Positions 48,401-55,552 of a stretch of DNA of 64,000 bases are shown in pieces. The stretch is from Myxococcales bacterium (GTDB lineage Bacteria > Myxococcota_A > UBA9160 > SZUA-336). Both the position numbers and the translations under genes were made by a program. A model generated the notes under the pieces. It ran no database searches. It was not told where the DNA came from and saw only the letters and a list, made by a program, of their open reading frames with translations. The stretch spans positions 29,219-93,218 of the forward strand of contig JABSQV010000029.1 of NCBI GenBank assembly GCA_013215565.1, written 5' to 3'. Position 1 is the first letter of the stretch. Each line of letters begins with the position of its first letter.

Positions 48401-51400
48401 GCCCAGCCGGATGATGTCTTCGAAGACACCGCTTCCAGCCTCGAGCTCGGACTGCCAGACGAAGCTCGCACCGGCGGGATCGACCCCACCCAGCAAGCTC
48501 ACGTTGTCGGCATCCATCACGGCCGAGAGGTCGGCCGTCGCCATACCGTCCACCTGGGGCAGCAGGGGCGAGATGGTGGGCTGGCCCGTTGCCAGGCTGT
48601 TGCCACCGGCCGCGCCGTCGCCGCCAATCTCGAGCGTCACGTCGTCGAACGCCAAGCGCTCGATGTTCTTGACCAGGTCTCGACCGGTGCTTCCGAGTAC
48701 GCGATTGTCGAGAACCTCGATGTAGCCATCGGGGCCAGCGAGCGCATCCGGACCGCCGAACACGTCGTCGACCGTGAGGACGCCCATGGCATCAACCACG
48801 CCCTCGATCGAGTAGTCGGCGAGGTTGCCCGCGAAGGTCGCGGTATCCGTGTCCACGTTCATTGGATCCCGATCGCTGATCGCGCGTGAGATCGAGAGCT
48901 CACCCGGGTTGATCGCACCGGCGAAGATCGCCTGGGCGACGTCCTGCATGCTGTCGACAACGATGATCATCTCGGCTGCATCGAGGGCCGCCTGGGCCGC
49001 TGCGAGGCCCGCGCTTGCATCTGTCACGGCCTGAGCCGCTACGCCTGCATCCACGAGTGCCGCCGCTGCCGCCGCATCCGCCACGACCGAAGCCGCCGCC
49101 GAGGCCACCGCCGCCGCCGCTGAGGCATCTGCCGTCGCTTGGGCTGCCTGTGCATTGTCCGCCGCCGCCTGGGTGGTCAGCGTGGCCGCAGCCAGCGCTG
49201 CCGCCGCATCCGCTGCCGCCTGGGCCGCTCCGGCCGCAGTCGCGTTCGCTGCCGCAAGCGCGGTCTCTGCCGCGACCTCGGCCGCAATCGCATCCGCCGC
49301 CACCTGCGCTGCCGCAAGCTCTGCCGCCGCCGCGGTCGCTGCATCGGCAGCCGCTGCGTCGGAAGCTGTCGCCGCCGCCGCCGAAGCTGCCGCTGCGGCA
49401 TCGGCCATCGCCTGCGCGTCAGCCGCGTTGGCTGCTGCTGCGTCCGAAGTCGCCTGCGCTGCCGCTGCCGCATCCGCTGCCGCCTGGGTCGTCAGAGTGG
49501 CTGCCGCCAGCTCTGCTGCCGCGTCCAATGCGGCCTGTGCCGCCGCTACCGAAGCCGCGTTCGCTGCCGCGAGCGCGGTCTCTGCCGCGACCTCGGCCGC
49601 AATCGCGTCCGCTGCCGCCTGGGCTGCTGCGAGACGTGCTGAATCTGCGTCCGCCGCGGCTGCCTGTGCCGTTGCGAGATCCGCTGCCGCCGCGGCCGAA
49701 ACCACCGCCGCCGCATCCGCAATCGCCTGCGCTGCAGCCGAAGCCGTCGCCGCATCATCGGCCATCGCCTGCTCGGACGCCGCCGCATTCGCCGCTGCAA
49801 CTGCTGCGGCCGAAGCCGCTGCCGCATCCACGATGGCCTGCGCCTCCGCGGCCTGGGCCGCAGCCGAAGCCGCCGCCGCTGCATCTGCAGCCGTCATGGC
49901 GTTCGCTGCCGTTGCTGCGGCCGCGCCCGAAGCCGCTGCCGCCGCATCCGCAGTCACCTGCGCCGCAGCTGCAGCCGCCTGGGTCGCTGCCGCCGCCGTG
50001 GCTGCTGCATCCGCCGCCGCCTGTGCCGTATTGACCTGGGCCTGGGCCGCGTTCGCAGCCGACTGGGCCGCGATCGCGTTCGTGAGGGCCGTCACGAAGT
50101 CACCCTCGCCGCTCGCGATGAACGCGAGCAGGGCTGCCTGCGCTGCGTCGCGCGCATCGAGGGCCGCCTGAAGCGCCGCCTCTGCGCCCGCGAGCACGCC
50201 ATCCGCGTTCGTCTGTGCCGCTGCCGCTGCCGCCGCGTCCGTCGCTGCAGTCGCTGCCGCCGCTGCCGCATTGGCCGCATCGGCCGCGGCCTGATCGGCT
50301 GCCGCCTGGGCTGCACCTGCTGCCGCAGCATCGGCCGCCGCCGCCGTCGCGGCCGCGCTGGCCGCTGCGGTGGTGGCCGCCATCGCGGCATCCGCTGCCG
50401 CCGCTGCGTCAAGGGCTGCCGTCATGGCATTCAGGGCCGCAGCCGCTGCTGGCGCTGCCTGAGCCGCCTCCGCCGCTGCTGCATCGGCCGCCGCCTGTGC
50501 CGCCGCTGCATCGGCCGCTGCCGCGTTCGCGGCTGCCATGGCTGCGCCATCGGCCACTGCCTGCGCTGCGCTGGCGGCATCGAACGCCGTCTGCGCGTCG
50601 AGCGCCGCTTGCGTGGCTGCATCGGTGGCCGCCATCGCCGCGGCCTCTGCCGCGACCGCGTCTGCTGCCGCCGCTGTGGCCGCGGCTGCCGCCGCATCGG
50701 CGTCAGTAGAGTCTACGCCAGCCGCGATGTTCGCATCGGCCGCATTCTGAGCCGCCGCCGTCGCCGCATCGGCCGCTGCCGAAGCGATCGCCTGTGCTGC
50801 GGCCGCGTTCACTGCCGCTGCCGCATCGACGGCCGCTGCCGTTGCCGCGTCTGCCGCCGCTGCTGCCGCCGTAGCTGCCGCTGCGGCTGCCGCATTCTCG
50901 GCCGCAGCCGCGTCAATCGCTGCCAGTGAAGCCGCCTCGGTGGCCGCCATCGCCGCGGACTCTGCCGCGGCCGCTGCTGCTGCCGCCGCATTCGCCACGT
51001 CTTCGGCCGCCATCGCCGCCGCGTCCGTCACGCCGGCAGCGATCTGGGCATCGGCTGCATTTAGCGCGGCCGTCGTGTTTGCAGCCGCTGCTGCCGCATC
51101 AGTCGCGGCCTGCGCCGCGTCCGCGGTCTCCTGAGCGTCCGCCGCTGCCGCTGCCGCCGCCGTCGCGATGACGTTGGCGTCGGCCGCTGCCGAAGCAGCG
51201 GTCGCGTTGTCAAGGTTCTGCTGCGCCGCTGCAGCCTCGATTGCGAGGGGACCGCCAAACCGGACCATGGGGTTCGGGGTCGAGATCCCGACCGCGAGCG
51301 CCGCGTCGCCATCGATGATGTCGTCGCCGAGGTCGCCCTCGATCACGTCGCTGCCGGCGCCGCCGAGCATGAGCTCGCCGCCGGTCCAGCCGAACTGGGT

Positions 51401-54400
51401 CCAGCCGTTCACGGGATCGACCGGAAGGACACGGCGCTCGGTGACGGGGATCATGTCATCCAGGCCATCGATCAGCGAGAAGCCGTCGTGCATGATGGTG
51501 CCACCCGCATTGGTGGCCACCACCAGTTCGTTGCCACCCAGGCCGGCTTCGGTCAGGGCCGCGCCGTTCAGGATGTCGGCATGCGGCGAACCGCTCACGC
51601 CCTCGACCCGGTCGTACCGGTCGGCCACGGTAGCGCTCGAGGGAGGCAGGGTCGGCCGCAGGAAGATGGTCAGGTCGAGATCGATGTCCACGCCTTCGGG
51701 ATTGTTCGCGAAGCTCACCCAGTCGAAACCGAGCTGGCCTTCGACGCGATCGATGCCGGGACCGGCCACGATGATGTCATCGCCGTTTTCCATGTCGGCA
51801 TCGTTGTTGCCGTTGCGGCTGATGAAGACGTCGTTGCCCTTGTGTCCGGGCTCGCCTGCCTCGGCAGCAACACCGAAGTCGCCCTGGAAGAGGTCCTCAC
51901 CGCCGCCCAGGTTCTCCATCCAGTCGTTGCCCTGGCCACCGCGAATGTGACCGAGGAACAGGCCGTCCAGGATGTAGTCGTCGCCGGGTCCAGCGAAGAT
52001 CTCGCCGAGTTCGCTCGGGTTCACGATGAAGTCGTTGCCGTTGTCACCGAAGATCACGTCCTCTTCGTTACCACTGTTGATGGCGTCGTTGCCATCGCCA
52101 CCTTCGATCACGTCCGGACCGCCGAGGTCCGTAATGATGTCATCGCCGGGACCGCCCTCGATCAGGTCGGCGCCGTCGCCGCCCTCGAGCCGGTCGTTAC
52201 CTGCGCGACCCCAGATCGAGTCGTCGCCGATGCCACCGATGATGGTGTCGTTCCCGGACGTGCCGCCGATGGTGTAGTGATCTCCACCGGTCGTCTGCAG
52301 GAACCGCGTCGGATCCGGCACGTTGATGTTGGTCGTGCTCGACGCTGGATCGCGGATCCAGAACGGGAACAGTTCCGACTCGCCCTCGGGATCTACACTC
52401 CCGAGACCATCGTTGAACTGAAGGGTCTGGTCGACCTCCATGATGAAGTTCGGAACCGAGAACACGTTGAGCGAGAGGCTGCCATGGCCTGCCATACCGA
52501 TGTCGGTATTCCGCATGACCAGCGCCGTGAACGAGTTGGACTCGAGTTCATTGAAGAAGTGCGTGTTCGCGGTCCGAGCTACGTAGTAGAAGCGGTCCCC
52601 GATCTCCATGCGCTCGATCTGGTTCTCGAACACGAAGTTGTGCGTCGAGCCCAGGTAGCCACCGAAGGGCTGTCGCTCCTCCGCGAGGCCACCGTTCCAG
52701 AAGTCCACATCTTCGATACCCGTGGTGGGCGTCCCGCCGATGGGGGTTGCATATGCGCCGCGGCTGAAGAGGAAGTCCCGCGCATCGGCCGGAACCGCCG
52801 CAGTGCCGTCACTCCAGCCATTGTTCACGCAGTAGGTCGCCGCGTCAGCCGTGAGCGAACCCACGATCGCGCAGGCCGCCGCACGCTTTCCAGCGTAGGT
52901 CGTGGCTGTCGTGATCGAGTCATGCGTGCCGTAGGCCGCGATGAAGTTCACGAGGCTCGCCTCGTGGCGCAGGTTGTCGCCGTAGTCCATCCAGTGGATG
53001 TAGGGCTTGAGCTGCTCACTCGCGGTGGCCTTGAAGAAGCGCCGCCGGGCCGCGTTCAACGAGGGATTTCCCACGTCACGACCACGCGCGATGTTAATGG
53101 CGCCGAGGTCGAGGGGAAGCCCCACGAGGTTATTCTGCATCGACCCGGTCACGAACTCGTCGATCTCGTTCGCGACAGTCCGGGTGAGACCGCGGATGAC
53201 CGCGCCCGCTGCCACTTCCGGCGAGAGCGTCGGGTTTCCGGCTGCGTCCGAGTTCTGGAACGCGAGCGGGTTCAGGAAGGCCTCGAACAGGCCCAACTGC
53301 TCGCCCGCCCCGGCCGCATTGACTGCGCCCGCATCCACGATCGTATTGAAGTCCGAGTCGAGACGATCGACCGTCTCGGTGAGCATCGAGTGCCCGAAGC
53401 GGTACACGGACTGAGAGAACTCCGCCGTGATCGAGACGTCCACGTTGGTGTGGTGGCCCTCGAAGGCGTCCTTGAGTCCCGAAAGCGTCGGCGCGAACTC
53501 GTCGAACACGATCCGGTTGTACTGCATCTCCGTACCGAAACGTGCGGCCTGGAAGACGCGCTCGCCGTGCCAGTCGAGACCGAGATCATCGATCGCCATC
53601 TTTGCGGTCATCTGGTTCATCAGCGAAGCATCCGTGACCGGGAACGCGAGGTTCAAGGCCGGAATCGCGTCGACGTCCACGTCGAGCCATTCGTTCAGGA
53701 AGGCCAGATCGTTGTCTGCCGCCGCGGAGTCCAGGACCACGCGCTTGACCACGTCCACGAGCCGGTTGTGCTCGGAGTGGAAGATGTGGTGGACCGTGGT
53801 GAGTGCGATGTTCTCGTTGCAGCGCCCGTCTCCACACATGAAGTGGCGTCCGAGCAACTCGTCATCGTACTCGCCCGGGGCCGCCGACTCGCGGATCCCG
53901 CGCGTGACCTGACCGCTGAGCATGTCGGTCCGCGCATTGACCACGGTGTCGGCATCGGGCGTGCCATTCGGGGCCGCCGAGTGGGCCACGTCGAGGAAGA
54001 AGCTGTGCCCGCTGCGAAGCGCGAGGCTCGCATCCACGGGATTGTCCAGGCTGCCCTCGAGCAGCGTCGGCGTGCCGTCCGGGTTGGTGCCGGTCACGAT
54101 CTGCGCAAAGCCGCCCGCACCCTTGATGATGCGACCGTAGATGTCGGTATGGATGTGCGGAATGTTGGCGCCATCCTGGTCATCGAGGTCGATGCCGAGC
54201 ACGGTGCGGGCCTGGTTGCGGATGTCCGCCCAGGTCGACATTCCCATCGGACCGCCCGCCATTCCCGGGGTACCGCCGTTGAGCAAGCGACCGCTGTTCT
54301 CCGGGCTGCCGTTCACCAGTTCGTAGTGGCGGAGCAGCGCGTTCTGGCCGCCGTGCGACCCGTAGGTCTGCTGCTGGTCGACGTGGGGGGTGGTGCGGTT

Positions 54401-55156
54401 CAGGAACTGGCGATTGCCGTCGGCGTCCGTGAACTGCGTGGCCCGAGTCATCGCCATCGAGGCGCCTTCGCCCGGTGCGAAGAGCGGGTCGTCTCCGGGG
54501 ACCGCCATCACCACCGTACCGTTGCCGCCCTTTTCGATCAGGTCGAGACCGTGATCGAAGAACTGCGCGAAGAAGGTCATGTAGGCGTTGGTGGGTGCCG
54601 ACAGACCCTCGTCCGGTGCGGTGTTGGGGATGAAGAACTGGTTGGCGCCGGCGATGTCCGGGCCGATGTCCTCTCCCTCTTCAGCCGCTGCGGTCGCCAC
54701 CGCCGCCGGGTTCTCGGTCGACTGGTTGACGATCAGGTGGCTGATTTGCCGCGGGCTGTTGTCCAGGACGTCGGCGTCGCTGGCGTAAGTCGTCCCTCCG
54801 TCAGCCGCGGGGAACACCTTGTCACCGCTGTCGCTGAAGAACTCGTCGGCCCGGCCGTTGTTTTCCTGGCCGGGGATCAGACTGTTGCAGCTACCGTCCA
54901 CGGTGCGCAGGCCCCAGGGGACGCTTGCGTTCGGGAGGATGCTGAGCAGCGCGTCGCACGATTCGCCTGCCGCGACGTGCGCCTCTGAAAATTCAATTTG
55001 CTTGAGTATGAAATTGAGGTCCGAGCGGTCGAATGCCAGGTCCCCTGAGGCGGACTGGGCAACTGCCATCCCGGACAGCATCGCGGTGGCCAGGAAGGCC
55101 ACCAGGATGGTGAGTCGGGAGAGCAGGCTGAGCGCTCTACTTCTGTCACCGGTCAT
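45494..55156 (-). CDS. Giant (3220 aa) secreted heme peroxidase of the peroxidase-cyclooxygenase superfamily (MopA/peroxicin-like) with RTX Ca-binding repeats, Ala-rich coiled-coil insert and C-terminal repeats
   Basis: GAGGAG RBS + ATG 55156; signal peptide; GLRTVDGSCN, AQFFDHGLD (distal His), DGRCNEN..HSEHNRL, YRFGHSML (proximal His), LDLGAINIARGRD; GGxGxD nonapeptides at about 52270-51700. Confidence 0.92.
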   Translation of the reverse strand: MTGDRSRALSLLSRLTILVAFLATAMLSGMAVAQSASGDLAFDRSDLNFILKQIEFSEAHVAAGESCDALLSILPNASVPWGLRTVDGSCNSLIPGQENNGRADEFFSDSGDKVFPAADGGTTYASDADVLDNSPRQISHLIVNQSTENPAAVATAAAEEGEDIGPDIAGANQFFIPNTAPDEGLSAPTNAYMTFFAQFFDHGLDLIEKGGNGTVVMAVPGDDPLFAPGEGASMAMTRATQFTDADGNRQFLNRTTPHVDQQQTYGSHGGQNALLRHYELVNGSPENSGRLLNGGTPGMAGGPMGMSTWADIRNQARTVLGIDLDDQDGANIPHIHTDIYGRIIKGAGGFAQIVTGTNPDGTPTLLEGSLDNPVDASLALRSGHSFFLDVAHSAAPNGTPDADTVVNARTDMLSGQVTRGIRESAAPGEYDDELLGRHFMCGDGRCNENIALTTVHHIFHSEHNRLVDVVKRVVLDSAAADNDLAFLNEWLDVDVDAIPALNLAFPVTDASLMNQMTAKMAIDDLGLDWHGERVFQAARFGTEMQYNRIVFDEFAPTLSGLKDAFEGHHTNVDVSITAEFSQSVYRFGHSMLTETVDRLDSDFNTIVDAGAVNAAGAGEQLGLFEAFLNPLAFQNSDAAGNPTLSPEVAAGAVIRGLTRTVANEIDEFVTGSMQNNLVGLPLDLGAINIARGRDVGNPSLNAARRRFFKATASEQLKPYIHWMDYGDNLRHEASLVNFIAAYGTHDSITTATTYAGKRAAACAIVGSLTADAATYCVNNGWSDGTAAVPADARDFLFSRGAYATPIGGTPTTGIEDVDFWNGGLAEERQPFGGYLGSTHNFVFENQIERMEIGDRFYYVARTANTHFFNELESNSFTALVMRNTDIGMAGHGSLSLNVFSVPNFIMEVDQTLQFNDGLGSVDPEGESELFPFWIRDPASSTTNINVPDPTRFLQTTGGDHYTIGGTSGNDTIIGGIGDDSIWGRAGNDRLEGGDGADLIEGGPGDDIITDLGGPDVIEGGDGNDAINSGNEEDVIFGDNGNDFIVNPSELGEIFAGPGDDYILDGLFLGHIRGGQGNDWMENLGGGEDLFQGDFGVAAEAGEPGHKGNDVFISRNGNNDADMENGDDIIVAGPGIDRVEGQLGFDWVSFANNPEGVDIDLDLTIFLRPTLPPSSATVADRYDRVEGVSGSPHADILNGAALTEAGLGGNELVVATNAGGTIMHDGFSLIDGLDDMIPVTERRVLPVDPVNGWTQFGWTGGELMLGGAGSDVIEGDLGDDIIDGDAALAVGISTPNPMVRFGGPLAIEAAAAQQNLDNATAASAAADANVIATAAAAAAADAQETADAAQAATDAAAAAANTTAALNAADAQIAAGVTDAAAMAAEDVANAAAAAAAAAESAAMAATEAASLAAIDAAAAENAAAAAAATAAAAAADAATAAAVDAAAAVNAAAAQAIASAAADAATAAAQNAADANIAAGVDSTDADAAAAAATAAAADAVAAEAAAMAATDAATQAALDAQTAFDAASAAQAVADGAAMAAANAAAADAAAAQAAADAAAAEAAQAAPAAAAALNAMTAALDAAAAADAAMAATTAAASAAATAAAADAAAAGAAQAAADQAAADAANAAAAAATAATDAAAAAAAQTNADGVLAGAEAALQAALDARDAAQAALLAFIASGEGDFVTALTNAIAAQSAANAAQAQVNTAQAAADAAATAAAATQAAAAAAQVTADAAAAASGAAAATAANAMTAADAAAAASAAAQAAEAQAIVDAAAASAAAVAAANAAASEQAMADDAATASAAAQAIADAAAVVSAAAAADLATAQAAAADADSARLAAAQAAADAIAAEVAAETALAAANAASVAAAQAALDAAAELAAATLTTQAAADAAAAAQATSDAAAANAADAQAMADAAAAASAAAATASDAAAADAATAAAAELAAAQVAADAIAAEVAAETALAAANATAAGAAQAAADAAAALAAATLTTQAAADNAQAAQATADASAAAAVASAAASVVADAAAAAALVDAGVAAQAVTDASAGLAAAQAALDAAEMIIVVDSMQDVAQAIFAGAINPGELSISRAISDRDPMNVDTDTATFAGNLADYSIEGVVDAMGVLTVDDVFGGPDALAGPDGYIEVLDNRVLGSTGRDLVKNIERLAFDDVTLEIGGDGAAGGNSLATGQPTISPLLPQVDGMATADLSAVMDADNVSLLGGVDPAGASFVWQSELEAGSGVFEDIIRLGGINGTGDPIGVTGQSMDVTVAEAGLRVRVVVTFQDEAGVLETVRSAPVTVVGADGAVAANPDGLPLANFIGTAADLDGAGTTFENASVPGGPRFDIVIPAALLADFPQVAGQNVDEPFAAGFGCGAELATTGITVTFTNNASGNVTGTFSPEIVAVCDALVFPPVLLDATIVDVLFSIRDFDVLPLVSGPTTVSVTVNSTGEEVANALFLGDSSIGSATGVTVALVNNAPFVEPVPTAMFLGTAADIDGGTVTFESLSRLGLARIDATIPNVPLALFANTGFGQTIVAEDEIAVDSFLLTFANVTLNGPAILGVFTSEIVAIQVLDAAGNPTGEVIQDAVNVLFSIRGADVAPLIRGLTRASLTVDGVEVASESFFGDSSVNDAQDVLIMLSDDQIAAAATLFIAQATGDAGAIAAATAALTAANDAAAAANTAAALAAELALVPNANFNGVAADLAPINFVNASRPGLARFDVTIPAVDLDLFTNTGFGVMILGEDEIAVDRITLMFVDSVTTEVTGVFGPEIVAITDPVTLEVDQGAVNVLFSIRGADVAPLVTGLTRAVVSLDGVPVADGVGFFGDSSVNDAQDVAILLTVAEIDAAAALVVAQATGAPAAVVAAAEAAVADAIAAAPPVVDVLVPVANFNGDAGDIDGDTITVLNVSRPGLARFDVTIPNVDIDLFGGVNGLDAAFSAGETLGCGPLPQVCPGDEIAVDAFSVGFMAGTQVTGVFAAEIVAIEILDPITALPSGVAEQDAVNVLFSIRGADVAPLVSGSTIVTVLVGDAAVATRILVGDSSLNDAQDVTGFDIDLGSADPVVTVETAAGSGFVDLRGRLRIRGICDAGAEASALGLRCNTADRGSFSCRGRGLEPRTLVHVTCSGGTAAAASTAPAATETPAETPAETPAAAPAPTDTEATATADSRGRIHFFGTCSTGEASASDLNCSTRRNGGYRCRGRGFEPGAEVHITCQ
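48968..51250 (-). repeat. Ala-rich low-complexity coiled-coil region with internal 315-nt duplications
   Basis: 760 codons, mostly Ala; duplicated segments offset by 315 nt at 49261/49576 and 50626/50941. Confidence 0.9.
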
Positions 55157-55552
55157 ATTCTTCTCCTCGGCTGGGTCGTTCGCCCGTTTCGGGCGGGCCA
55201 TTGGGTTTCGGTTGCTTGCGAATTCACGGAATCTCCACTGGGGTCGAATGGCCCCAGTTCTGAAAACCGCGGGTATATGGCCATAGTGCACCATCAAAGT
55301 CAAGCATTCCTGGTGAATTACCCCCATTTTATTTCTTGATGCACATCTCCGTTGGATTTATTGGGATGTTTTGCGCGCAGCTTGCGGAGATCGTGTCTAA
55401 AACACCACAAATCTCGAACCGGCAACCGCTGGCCGAGGCGCCTCCAGAGAGCTCGTGGCGCGCGGATTCCCGGGTCGAGGGGGGGCCCGGACCCGAGCTC
55501 CGCCAGGCGGCGGTCGCGTGGCCCCGGGTCCGTCCTCTAAGCTCCGCTTCGC

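Noticed and set aside
49139-51171. Cys/Arg-rich, Pro-rich and Gln/Arg-rich ORFs in alternative frames
   Set aside because: Alternative-frame translations of GCN Ala codons of the peroxidase insert.
51488-54988. 1166-aa plus-strand ORF
   Set aside because: Antisense shadow of the peroxidase domain.
55157-55327. N-terminal extension of the peroxidase ORF to 55327
   Set aside because: AT-rich and non-coding-like; the RBS and signal peptide point to ATG 55156.
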